Shown here one piece after another: positions 9,514 through 18,578 of a stretch of DNA of 64,000 nt (position 1 is its first letter; each line of letters begins with the position of its first letter). A model generated the notes under the pieces. That model saw only the letters and a list, made by a program, of their open reading frames with translations, ran no database searches and was not told the DNA's origin. The stretch is from an uncultured Alcanivorax sp. (lineage in GTDB: Bacteria > Pseudomonadota > Gammaproteobacteria > Pseudomonadales > Alcanivoracaceae). The translations under genes were made by a program, and so were the position numbers. The stretch covers positions 9,997-73,996 of the forward strand of contig CAJXLA010000001.1 in assembly GCA_913055795.1 (NCBI GenBank), in the 5' to 3' direction.

Positions 9514-10707
9514 TCAATGCACCATTTCGCGGGCCCCGCCACGGCCCCAGAACAGGGCCAGACAGGCGCCGGCGCTGCACAGGGCCATGGTCAGGGTCAT
9601 GGGGGCGAGACTGTGGTCGTGAAAAAGTGCGAAGAGCCCGCCCGAGGTCCCGGCCAGTGTGAACTGCAGGGTGCCGTTGATGGCGGTGGCGGCCCCACTG
9701 TCCGACGGGAAATAGTGGATGAAGGAGGCGATGGCATTGGGGATAATAATGGCCACCAGGCTCACCGCGACCGCGAACAGCGGGACGGCCGCGCCCAGGG
9801 GCAGCCAGCCGGCCGTGGCCAGCATGGTCAAAACCGCGATGGTCACGGCCTGGACACCGAGCCCCGTCGCCATGATGGATTCCGGGACGAAGTGGCGCAG
9901 CAGCCGCACGTTGAGCCGGTTCAGGATCAACATGCTCACCACATTCAACCCGAACAGCACCGGAAAGACTTCCCGGCTGACGCCATAGAACTCGATATAG
10001 ACAAAGGCGGAGTCGGTAATGAAGGCGAACATGGCGGCAAAGGCGAGACCATTGGCCACAATCAATCCCATGCCGTGGCGATGGCGCAGTACCCGACCAT
10101 AGGCGGCCAGAATCTGGCCCAGCGAGGCGCGGCTCTTGCGCACCGCGGGCATGCGCGGCAGCCACCCGCCCAGCACACCCAGCATCAGGCCCGCGTAGAC
10201 GGCCAGAAACAGGAAGATGCTGCGCCAGTCGAAAAGGTTGACCAGCACCGTGCCAATGACGGGGGCCAGCAGGGGCGCGATCAGCATGACCAGGCCAATG
10301 CGCGTGAGTACGTCGGCCGCGTCGGTGCCGTTGAAGTGATCCCGCACCGAGGCGGCACAGATCACCACCGTGGCGCCGCCGCCCAGCGCCTGGAGGAAAC
10401 GCAGCCCGTAAAGCTGCTCCAGCGACGTGCTCATGGCAATCAGCAGGCTGCAGAGCACGAAGAGCGACAGTCCGAAGGCGCCCACCTTGCGCCGGCCCAT
10501 ATGATCCGACAAGGGACCGCCCACCAGCTGCCCCAGGGCCGTGCCCAGCATGTAGAAACTCAACGAGAGCTCCACGCGGGGCACCGACACGCCGAAGCTG
10601 TCCGCCATGGCGGGAAACGCCGGCAAATAGGTATCAATGGCCAATGGGCCCACCGCGATCAGCCCGCCCAGAATTACGGCCAGGCGTTGTGGTGAAACGG
10701 TCGGCAT
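9514..10707 (-). CDS. MFS transporter, Bcr/CflA drug-resistance subfamily
   Basis: The track ORF starts at GTG 10713. The ATG at 10707 (MPTVSPQRLAVILGGLIAVGPLAIDTYLPAFPAMADSFG) has GGAG 5 nt upstream. 12-TM MFS layout with GPLSDHMGRRKV (motif A). Confidence 0.85.
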   Translation of the reverse strand: MPTVSPQRLAVILGGLIAVGPLAIDTYLPAFPAMADSFGVSVPRVELSLSFYMLGTALGQLVGGPLSDHMGRRKVGAFGLSLFVLCSLLIAMSTSLEQLYGLRFLQALGGGATVVICAASVRDHFNGTDAADVLTRIGLVMLIAPLLAPVIGTVLVNLFDWRSIFLFLAVYAGLMLGVLGGWLPRMPAVRKSRASLGQILAAYGRVLRHRHGMGLIVANGLAFAAMFAFITDSAFVYIEFYGVSREVFPVLFGLNVVSMLILNRLNVRLLRHFVPESIMATGLGVQAVTIAVLTMLATAGWLPLGAAVPLFAVAVSLVAIIIPNAIASFIHYFPSDSGAATAINGTLQFTLAGTSGGLFALFHDHSLAPMTLTMALCSAGACLALFWGRGGAREMVH

Positions 10708-10867
10708 GGACACTCCAGAGGGCGTGGCGCAGCAATGATACTACCCGGCCGCCGTCGGTAAAAAGCAAAGCACCCGGCCGGAGTCAAAAAGGGAAAAAAC
10801 GGTTGCCAGCCCGCCCCCTTCGTGGCGACCATACGCGCTTCTCTCGAGGGGGCCGGCGGAGACAGGC

Positions 10868-12787
10868 ATGAATCTGGATATCGCTCTGCAACTGGTGCTT
10901 ATCGGCCTGCTCGCCTTTCTGTGCCAGTGGGGTGCCTGGCGTATCAAGCTCCCGGCCATCCTGCCGCTGCTGGTCACGGGGCTGTTTCTGGGTCCCCTGA
11001 CCGGGATACTCAACCCGGCCGAACTCTTCGGCGACATGCTGCTGCCCGGCGTTTCCCTGGCCGTCGCCGTAATCCTGTTCGAAGGCGCCATGAGCCTGCG
11101 TCTGGACGAGATCCGGGGCGTGGGGCGGGTCGTGTGGCGTCTGATTATCCTGGGGGGATTGACGACCTGGGCCGTGGTTACGCTGGGCGCCTGGTGGCTG
11201 GTCGATGCGATCTCGCTGGAAGTGGCGCTGCTGCTGGGTGCTTTGGTCGTGGTAACGGGCCCCACCGTGATCGTCCCCATGCTGCGCAGCGTGCGTCCGG
11301 TCAGCAGCGTCTCCCGGCTGCTGCGCTGGGAAGGGATCATCATCGATCCCCTGGGCGCCCTCCTCGCCGTGCTGGCCTATGAAATCATCGTCGCCACGGG
11401 GGCCGAGGCGGTCCAGCAGACCCTGCTGATCCTGCTGAAGAGTCTGGGACTGGGGACAGGACTGGGCATTGCGGTGGCCTTCGGGCTGGCGTTCCTGCTA
11501 CGGCGTCATCTGGTGCCGGAATATCTACGCAGTTTTCTGGTGCTGTCGGCCATCCTCGCGGAATTCGTGGTCGCCAACATGGTGGTGCACGAATCCGGTC
11601 TGCTCGCCGTGACCGTCACGGGTCTGGTGCTGGCGAACAGCCGCGGGGTGAACACCCGGGATGTGCTGCACTTCAAGGAGAATCTGTCCGTGATGCTGAT
11701 TTCGGCGCTGTTCATTGTCCTGGCGGCGCGTATCGAAATGCAGCAGATGGCCGAGTTCGCCGTGCCGGCGCTGATCGTGCTGGGCCTGGTTCAGCTGGTG
11801 GGCCGGCCCCTGGCCGTCTGGGTAGCCACCCTGGGCAGCAATCTGAACTGGCGCGAGAAGTCGCTGCTGGCCTGGATTGCTCCCCGGGGCATTGTGGCCG
11901 CGGCCGTATCCGCGCTTTTCGCGGAACGCCTGGCCGAAAACAATGTCGCCGGCGCGGAAATGCTGGTGCCCCTGACCTTTGCCGTCATCATCGGCACCGT
12001 GGCCCTGCAGAGTGTCACCGCCCGGCCGCTGGCGCAATTGCTCAAGGTGGCCGTGCCCGCACCCCGGGGCTTGCTGATTATCGGCGCCAATCCGGTGGCC
12101 CGGAGCATCGGGGAAGCCCTGAAGAAGAATGGCTTTCCCATCCTGCTCGCCGACTCCAGCTGGGAACACAGCCGGGCGGCGCGCATGCGCGGGTTGCCCG
12201 TGTATTACGGCCATTCGGTGTCCCAGTACGCGGATCGGGCCCTGGATCTGGTGGGCTTCGGCCGCATGCTGGGCATGAGCCTGCGCCGGGAAATGAACAC
12301 CCTGGCGGCCATGCGCTATCGTATGGAGTTCGGTGAGCAGAATGTGTACAGCCTGGCACCGTCCGCCGAACAGGAGGAAAAAATCACGGCGGTGCCGGAT
12401 CATCCGGGCCGTACCCTGTTTGCGCCGGATCTTACCTACACGCGGCTGGCAAACCTGCTGGATCAGGGTGCGATGGTCCGCAAGACGCGGCTCACCGCCG
12501 CCTACAATTTTGACGCCTACCAGGATACTCCCGGCCGCCAGGTCTGGCCCCTGTTCGCCATCGACCCGCGGGGCTGGCTCCATGTCTTCAGTGTCGAGGA
12601 AAAGCCCCGGCCCCAGCCCGGCTGGCACATTCTGGGGCTGATTCTGGAGGAATCGGATCAGCAGGCGCCGGAATCCGGCGAGGAAGTGGTCAAGGCCCGG
12701 GCCCGGCGACAGAAACAGAAGGAAGCCAAGGTCGCGCGCAAGGAGAAGAAAACGGGTGGACACGGCAATAAAGAATCAAACCAATAA
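10868..12787 (+). CDS. CPA1-family Na+(K+)/H+ antiporter with C-terminal RCK/TrkA-N-like domain
   Basis: 639-aa ORF with GGAGA before the ATG. The N-terminal ~400 aa is polytopic (Na_H exchanger-like, ...VVVTGPTVIVPMLRSV...). This is followed by LLIIGANPVARSIGEALKKNGFPILLADSS (Rossmann-like RCK) and a Lys-rich tail. Confidence 0.8.
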   Translation: MNLDIALQLVLIGLLAFLCQWGAWRIKLPAILPLLVTGLFLGPLTGILNPAELFGDMLLPGVSLAVAVILFEGAMSLRLDEIRGVGRVVWRLIILGGLTTWAVVTLGAWWLVDAISLEVALLLGALVVVTGPTVIVPMLRSVRPVSSVSRLLRWEGIIIDPLGALLAVLAYEIIVATGAEAVQQTLLILLKSLGLGTGLGIAVAFGLAFLLRRHLVPEYLRSFLVLSAILAEFVVANMVVHESGLLAVTVTGLVLANSRGVNTRDVLHFKENLSVMLISALFIVLAARIEMQQMAEFAVPALIVLGLVQLVGRPLAVWVATLGSNLNWREKSLLAWIAPRGIVAAAVSALFAERLAENNVAGAEMLVPLTFAVIIGTVALQSVTARPLAQLLKVAVPAPRGLLIIGANPVARSIGEALKKNGFPILLADSSWEHSRAARMRGLPVYYGHSVSQYADRALDLVGFGRMLGMSLRREMNTLAAMRYRMEFGEQNVYSLAPSAEQEEKITAVPDHPGRTLFAPDLTYTRLANLLDQGAMVRKTRLTAAYNFDAYQDTPGRQVWPLFAIDPRGWLHVFSVEEKPRPQPGWHILGLILEESDQQAPESGEEVVKARARRQKQKEAKVARKEKKTGGHGNKESNQ

Positions 12788-13019
12788 ATTTTTATAGACA
12801 ATAACTTATGAATAATATTTAAAGCAGGTTGTAAACTTGGTGCCAGGCTGCGCTCCCGCAGGGAGCGTTCCCTGCCCCCTGCCGCCTGGTTCTCGCTCCG
12901 CTTGCGGTGTTGCTGACGATCTACTTCACGAGTTGCCCCCGCAACGGGGCCATCGTATCGAGCACTTCACCGGCACTGGCATCATCCACTCCGAGTGCCG
13001 CCAGGGCGCCCATAAGCTG

Positions 13020-14204
13020 TTAGATAAATTGCCGGCCTTCGCCCCGATACGTGGGCACCTCGTCCACGACTCGCCCACCACGGATCAACAGGAGTGAATT
13101 GAACCGCTCGCATAGTTCACCCGCCTTGGCGTGACGGAAAAATACGGGTTCGCCCAGCCCCGGGGCATTGTCGCCGGTCAGCGGCGTCTGTACTTCGCCC
13201 GCCCCTTCGTTGGGGTCCAGTGCCAGGCCTTCCGGCAAGGTCGGCACCGGCAGTCGGTCCGGCGTGGCGCTGCCCGAGGCCACATAACCGCCGCCCAGAC
13301 AAGTGACATGATCGTCGTCGGGCTGGCGCACGACTTCCAGCGCGAACATGGCCGCCGGGACGTGGCGGAAATTGTGGTAGTGATCGAAAAGCGCCGGCGA
13401 ATAGAGGCCGCTGCCCGCGGCCACTTCCGTGACCTCCCGGTCCGCGGTGGTCGATTCCAGGCTGCCCGTGCCCCCGCCGTTGACGAAGCGCAGCCGGGCG
13501 CCGGCGTCATGCAGCGCCTGAACCACCGCATCCCGGCGCTGTGCAAGTTCACGGATGGAACGCCTCTTGAGCGCGCGAATGATGGCATTCCTGGCCCGCT
13601 GGCCGGGTCCGGTATCCGTGACGCCGGCAATCTGGGCCTCGTAGCCCATGACCCCGTCCAGCGTTACCGCCGGGTGATCCCGAATCATGCGATACAGTGC
13701 CAGTGCGTCTTCCACGGAGCGTATGGGCGAGCGAAACACGCCGAAATTCAGCCCCGGCAGGCGCATGGACATGTCCACTTCCAGGCACAGCGGCAGGGTT
13801 ACGCCCTGCTCCTCGGCGATGGTCCCCAGACGTCGTACATGCTCGGGGCAATCCACCATGAGCGTGATCTCGCCGCCTCGCCGGATCTGTTCACAGACGC
13901 GGCGCACCGCCTCGGATTCCAGGGTGGGATAGGCCACCAGCAGATCCGTGAAACCGTGTTCGGCGAGCATGCAGGCTTCGCGTGCGTGGAAGCACATCAG
14001 GCCCTGGAAGCGCTCATCGAAAGCCTGCGCATAGGCCAGGATCGCTTGGCTGCGCACGGATTTGCTTGCCAGGCGCACGGGCAGTTCCCCTGCCCGTTCG
14101 AGGATATCGGCCAGATTCCGGTCCAGGCGGTCCAGATCCACCAGCGCGGCGGGCAGGGCCCGCCCGCCCAGTGCCTCGCGGTAATAGGCCCAGGCTTCGC
14201 TCAT
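13020..14204 (-). CDS. Fold-type III PLP enzyme, D-serine dehydratase / D-threonine aldolase-like (amino acid deaminase/aldolase)
   Basis: 394 aa. Alanine-racemase-N-like barrel with probable PLP lysine in VRLASKSVRS. The C-terminal domain reads ...VASGSATPDRLPVP... The start ATG overlaps the ALDH stop (ATGA at 14201-14204). Confidence 0.7.
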   Translation of the reverse strand: MSEAWAYYREALGGRALPAALVDLDRLDRNLADILERAGELPVRLASKSVRSQAILAYAQAFDERFQGLMCFHAREACMLAEHGFTDLLVAYPTLESEAVRRVCEQIRRGGEITLMVDCPEHVRRLGTIAEEQGVTLPLCLEVDMSMRLPGLNFGVFRSPIRSVEDALALYRMIRDHPAVTLDGVMGYEAQIAGVTDTGPGQRARNAIIRALKRRSIRELAQRRDAVVQALHDAGARLRFVNGGGTGSLESTTADREVTEVAAGSGLYSPALFDHYHNFRHVPAAMFALEVVRQPDDDHVTCLGGGYVASGSATPDRLPVPTLPEGLALDPNEGAGEVQTPLTGDNAPGLGEPVFFRHAKAGELCERFNSLLLIRGGRVVDEVPTYRGEGRQFI

Positions 14205-15679
14205 CCGTCCTGCCCCCTGGGTTTCTGGGAATGGCTTTCCAGTTTCAGCCCCGCCAGGGCGAAACGCAGCAAACGGCTGCTGAAGAGGTTGTCGATCAGC
14301 CGTCCGAACAGCGTGTACTTGGTACGGGTATAAGGATACCAGTTGGCTTCAATGGTATCGCTCTGCTTGTCGATCATGACCGCCTTGGACCGGGTAAAGC
14401 CCAGCAGCCCCTCGGCGCCCTTCACCCGGCCGAAGCCGGATTCGCCCGTGCCGCCGAACGGCAGGCCCGGATTGCCTTCGGTCACCATGACATTGTTGAT
14501 GGGCACCGCCCCGGCCTGTATTTGCCGGGCCATGCGCTCCGCGCGGTCGAGATCCTTGCTCCAGACACTGGCGCTGAGCCCGAAGTGCGGATGATTGGCG
14601 TAGGCCAGGGCCTGTTCCTCCGTATCAAAGGGGATCACCGGGATCAGCGGACCGAAGGTTTCCTGATGCATGAGCATCATGTCGTCGGTGATGCCGCTAA
14701 TCACCGCCGGCTGGATGATGCGGTCATGGCCTTCCACACCGTCACCACCGTGCACCCGGGCGCCCTTGCGCCGGGCGTCGTCCAGATGCTGGCGGATAAT
14801 GTCGCACTGGAAATCCGTGGTAATGGCGCCCAGGTCCGCATCACCGTCGTCATCGGTGTTGACGACGAGCTTGTCCATCTCGTTTTCCAGTTCACGCACA
14901 AACTGGTCATAGATGCCGCGCTGAACATAGAGCCGCTCCACCGAGGTGCAGGACTGACCGGAGTTGGTCAGCGCGCCCCAGAGGGCGCCGGCCACCGTGC
15001 GTTTCAGGTGCACGTCGTCAAAGACGATCATGGCGTCCTTGCCGCCCAGCTCCAGATCCACCGGAATCAGCAACGGCGCCGCCTGGGCCAGGATCTTGCG
15101 GCCCGTGGGCGCGCTGCCGGTGAAAAAGATCTTGTCCGGGCGGGCATCGATCAGCTGTTGGGCGGTCTCGCCGTCGCCGTAATGGACGTGCAGGTTGCGC
15201 TCCAGCAGCGGAATGCCGCGCACCAGTTCCTCGAATACCCCCTGCAGGGGCGTGTGTTCCGAGGGTTTCAGCAGCACACCATTGCCCGCCGCCAGCGCGC
15301 CGGCCACGGTGGTCATGGCGATATGGAAGGGGTAATTCCAGGGCGAGATCACCAGCACCACGCCCAACGGCTCGTGCCAGATGCGCGATTTCTTGCCCAT
15401 GAGCGCGAGCGGGGTTTCGGCCTTCTCGTCGCCCAGGATCTTCGGCGCGCGTTTGATGACCCAGTGCAGATAATCCAGCGTGCCCAGCACCTCGGAAACC
15501 AGCGCGTCGGTGCGGGTTTTACCCGTTTCCTCCATGACCCGTTCCACGATCCATTCACGCCAGTCGCGCATGCGTTCCAGCACCTGCTCCAGCGCTTCCA
15601 GCCGCTGCTCCATGGGTGCAGAGGCCAGTTCCCGGGCCTGATCACGGGTCTGTTTCATCATGGCCGAAGAATCTTCCAT
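14201..15679 (-). CDS. Aldehyde dehydrogenase family protein (class-3-like)
   Basis: Track ORF 14201..15715, trimmed to ATG 15679 (MEDSSAMMKQ), which overlaps the upstream stop as TGATG. ALDH motifs are VISPWNYPF, ELGGKDA and the catalytic Cys in NSGQSCTSVER. Confidence 0.88.
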   Translation of the reverse strand: MEDSSAMMKQTRDQARELASAPMEQRLEALEQVLERMRDWREWIVERVMEETGKTRTDALVSEVLGTLDYLHWVIKRAPKILGDEKAETPLALMGKKSRIWHEPLGVVLVISPWNYPFHIAMTTVAGALAAGNGVLLKPSEHTPLQGVFEELVRGIPLLERNLHVHYGDGETAQQLIDARPDKIFFTGSAPTGRKILAQAAPLLIPVDLELGGKDAMIVFDDVHLKRTVAGALWGALTNSGQSCTSVERLYVQRGIYDQFVRELENEMDKLVVNTDDDGDADLGAITTDFQCDIIRQHLDDARRKGARVHGGDGVEGHDRIIQPAVISGITDDMMLMHQETFGPLIPVIPFDTEEQALAYANHPHFGLSASVWSKDLDRAERMARQIQAGAVPINNVMVTEGNPGLPFGGTGESGFGRVKGAEGLLGFTRSKAVMIDKQSDTIEANWYPYTRTKYTLFGRLIDNLFSSRLLRFALAGLKLESHSQKPRGQDG

Positions 15680-16071
15680 CAGTTGTCCTCTACCGGTTCG
15701 CAATGAATGTGGCAATCAATGCCCGCGTGCACCCGTCCCTGCTCGTCCACGCCGGCGTAGTAGACGGTAAAGACGACCCCACGCAGGCCCATATCCAGTA
15801 GCCGGAAGGGCGCCCCCGCCATGCCCGGCAGACGCCGCAGGGGCGTGTTCACGGCCACGAGCAGCGCCAGCAGGGGGCGCGGCAGCCACGCCAGCACCGA
15901 CACCAGGGTCAATAGTGCCTCGCGGTCATCAGGCGGACTGGATTCCAGTGCGGTTTCCAGGTGCTGGACGACACCGCTGTCACTGAAGGATGGCAGCCCC
16001 CGGCCGCCGGGAATCAGCACATCCCCGATCTTGTTCCAGGCGCGGCGCTGTCGTTCGGTAAGCGGCGTCAT
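15679..16071 (-). CDS. Small (130 aa) subunit-like protein coupled to the GMC oxidoreductase (gluconate 2-dehydrogenase subunit-3-like?)
   Basis: Track ORF 15679..16272, trimmed to ATG 16071 (MTPLTERQRRAWNKIGDVLIPGG), which overlaps the GMC stop as ATGA (16068-16071). Family assignment is from memory of GMC/small-subunit pairs only. Confidence 0.55.
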   Translation of the reverse strand: MTPLTERQRRAWNKIGDVLIPGGRGLPSFSDSGVVQHLETALESSPPDDREALLTLVSVLAWLPRPLLALLVAVNTPLRRLPGMAGAPFRLLDMGLRGVVFTVYYAGVDEQGRVHAGIDCHIHCEPVEDN

Positions 16072-17486
16072 GCGGCCTCCGGGCGCGCATCCAGGGGTTC
16101 GCCCAGCAAGCGCTCGGCGGCCCGGTGGGCCAGCGCCATGATGGACAGGGACGGATTGATGCCGGGCGCATCCGGGAAAAGGCTGGCGTCCATGACATAG
16201 AGATTGGGCAGGCCATGGACCTGGAAATCGGGATTGACCACCGACGTGGCCCGATCCCGGCCCTGGGCACAACCGCCCATGAGGTGGAGCCCGATGCGCA
16301 CCGGCGAATGCACCACCTTGCGCGCGCCCGTGGCGCGGTAGATGTCGTGGATGACGTTCAGACCCGCCCGTGCGCGCTGCCGTTCCGGCGCGCCCACGCG
16401 CTTGTCGATGCGCAGCCCGCCCCGGCCATCGCCGCCGATGCGGCCGGGGGTGACATCACGCACCGCCACCTCGATACACGCGAGGTTTCGATAGGCGCGC
16501 ATAAGATCCCGGTGTTTCGCGCCGAAACCGGGCATCAGATAAGCGGCACCGCTCGGGCCCATGAAGACGTTTTCCAGCTTGAAACCCGCCGCGCGGAAGC
16601 GCTCGTCATCGGATTTGACTGCCTGGAAACTGCCCTTGTGGGCATCGATGATCCGGTCATACAGCGCCAGCGTGACGAACTGGGGATGGCAGTAGAAGCC
16701 TTTGCCCAGCGCGGGCAACTCCGGGGCCAGCCCGGATGCCTGGAGAATCCGGGTGGAGCCCAGGGACCCGGCGGCGAGCACACAGCGACGTCCGAAAAAG
16801 CGCCGCGCCCGGCCCTGTTGCCGCCCAAAGACCGTCACCTGTTGGCGGCCGTGCGACAATCCATCCACCTGGCAGTCCGTGACGACTTCGAGGCCCTGTT
16901 GTTCCGCGCGGGCGAGGAAGGTGACCGGCATGCTCTGCTTGGATGCACGCGGGCAACCGCCCAGGCAACGGATGCAGTCATTGCCCTGGTCCACGCGGCA
17001 GTGGGACTGGCCCCGGCGTAGCGGCGCCCAGCCGTAGCCCAGCTTTTCAAAGCCGTCGACATAAAGTTCGGCGTTACGATTGCCGTTTTCCCGCGGTATG
17101 TGCTCCAGGGTGAGTTCGGACTCCACGGCATCGTAATGCCGCGCCATGGCATCCACGGAAAACTCGTCCAGCCCGGAGCGCTCGGCCCAGGAATCCAGGG
17201 CCCGGGCGTCGAAGCGGTCCAGCAGGGCCTGATTGATGACGGTGCCGCCGCCGAAGACCTTGCCGCGCAGGAACATGAAACCCGCATCCCGGCTGGCGTC
17301 CATGCCGCCGTTCCACATCAGGCGGTTGTTGGCCTCGAGTTCGTTGTCCGGGTGTTCATGGGACTGGAAGCGCGATCCCGCCTCCAGCATGAGCACGGAA
17401 TGCCCGGCGGCGGTGAGCCAGCGTGCCAGCGGCCCGCCTCCAGCACCCGAGCCCACGATAATGTAGTCGTAGCAGCGATCCGCCAC
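16068..17486 (-). CDS. GMC-family FAD oxidoreductase
   Basis: 472 aa. GTG start preceded by AAGGAG at 7-nt spacing. N-terminal DYIIVGSGAGGGPLA (FAD Rossmann). C-terminal GMC signature region ...HLMGGCAQG...NLYVMDASLFP. Confidence 0.88.
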   Translation of the reverse strand: MADRCYDYIIVGSGAGGGPLARWLTAAGHSVLMLEAGSRFQSHEHPDNELEANNRLMWNGGMDASRDAGFMFLRGKVFGGGTVINQALLDRFDARALDSWAERSGLDEFSVDAMARHYDAVESELTLEHIPRENGNRNAELYVDGFEKLGYGWAPLRRGQSHCRVDQGNDCIRCLGGCPRASKQSMPVTFLARAEQQGLEVVTDCQVDGLSHGRQQVTVFGRQQGRARRFFGRRCVLAAGSLGSTRILQASGLAPELPALGKGFYCHPQFVTLALYDRIIDAHKGSFQAVKSDDERFRAAGFKLENVFMGPSGAAYLMPGFGAKHRDLMRAYRNLACIEVAVRDVTPGRIGGDGRGGLRIDKRVGAPERQRARAGLNVIHDIYRATGARKVVHSPVRIGLHLMGGCAQGRDRATSVVNPDFQVHGLPNLYVMDASLFPDAPGINPSLSIMALAHRAAERLLGEPLDARPEAA

Positions 17487-17509
17487 GGCGCGACTCCTTG
17501 CTCGATATT

Positions 17510-17529
17510 ATTTGCACTATAGTACAAAT
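17510..17529. promoter_or_regulatory. Near-perfect 20-bp palindrome (candidate operator) just upstream of the GMC operon
   Basis: ATTTGCACTATAGTACAAAT has 9 of 10 arm positions complementary; the core is TTGCACTATAGTACAA at 17512-17527. It sits in an AT-rich 80-bp gap, 24-43 nt upstream of the GTG start at 17486. Confidence 0.4.
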
Positions 17530-17565
17530 TTTATTGTGTTCAAGAGCTGTCGCTCTGGCGGGCAA

Positions 17566-18525
17566 TCACGAATCGCCCTGCCAGTCGTGGAAACTCTCCG
17601 ATTCCACATAATCGCCGTAGACCGGATGGTCCGCCAGGGCCTCGAAATCAATCTGCTGCCCGAAGCGCTCTTCCAGCGCCCGGAACCAGCGCGTGGTGGC
17701 GCTCCAGTCCTGCTGCCGGGCGGCACACTGGGCCGCCAGCGGATAAAGTTTCTGGTAATCGGGCCAGCGCTTCACGGCCTTCTCCAGGTCTTCACGAGCC
17801 TCGCTGCAACGCCCGCGCGCCAGCGCCCGGGCATGGTCCAGCCAGGCCAGACCCGGATCACGGCCGAGTTCCTCGCGCAGATGGGTCATGGCACGGGCGG
17901 CATCCTCCTCGTCCCCCTGCTGTACGGCCTGCTCATAGCGCCACAGGGAACTGTATGCCTCCTCCAGCGGCTGCATCCGGGCCAGCGCGCTCGTATAGCA
18001 GTCCTCTTTGCTGCAGGCCGCGAGCACCAGACGCGACAGAATGCGCCCCTGACGCGAATCCGGCAGTTCAGCCAGTGCCTGAAGCGGTTGTTCGTTCAGC
18101 CGCTCGAGGAAACCCCGGGCAGCATCCCCCTGTGCCACCAGTGACTCCACCAGCTCGGACAGGCTCACGCCCAGGGCATAGTCGTACCAGCCCGCCAGTT
18201 GGCCCTCGTCGTTGTATTGCAAGGCAAGATAGTTGAGATTGTCACCGACGAATTCCAGCCGCAGGGTCATGCCCGCCGCTTCGGGGGCCAGCGCTACACC
18301 CCGCAATTGTCCGCCGCGCAGCCGGGGCTTGAGTTCTTCCAGCAAGGATGTAATGCGCCGGTCCACGCCGGCCGCGCTCGCCAGGGCCGAGGTATTCAGG
18401 GCTTGAAAGGCCGGCTCCAGGCTGCGGCTCTGGTTAAGTCGCTCGATCAATGCGTTCGGCTCCGCCGCCCGGGCCGCCATAACGGTCAGCATCAAGGTGA
18501 GCAACAACCCGATTCGGTATTGCAT
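17566..18525 (-). CDS. Secreted hypothetical protein (319 aa), helical-repeat-like C-terminus
   Basis: Track ORF 17566..18573, trimmed to ATG 18525 (MQYRIGLLLTLMLTVMAARAAEP signal peptide). No family recognised. Confidence 0.6.
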   Translation of the reverse strand: MQYRIGLLLTLMLTVMAARAAEPNALIERLNQSRSLEPAFQALNTSALASAAGVDRRITSLLEELKPRLRGGQLRGVALAPEAAGMTLRLEFVGDNLNYLALQYNDEGQLAGWYDYALGVSLSELVESLVAQGDAARGFLERLNEQPLQALAELPDSRQGRILSRLVLAACSKEDCYTSALARMQPLEEAYSSLWRYEQAVQQGDEEDAARAMTHLREELGRDPGLAWLDHARALARGRCSEAREDLEKAVKRWPDYQKLYPLAAQCAARQQDWSATTRWFRALEERFGQQIDFEALADHPVYGDYVESESFHDWQGDS

Positions 18526-18578
18526 GGCTTCGTCCCCCTCTTTTCGTCCGGACTCTATCATGCACCCGGGCACCGAAC

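Noticed and set aside
12921-13013. 30-codon minus-strand ORF (MGALAALGVDDASAGEVLDTMAPLRGQLVK) starting 6 nt after the PLP-enzyme stop.
   Set aside because: It has no SD and no recognisable family, and its length is within chance expectation.
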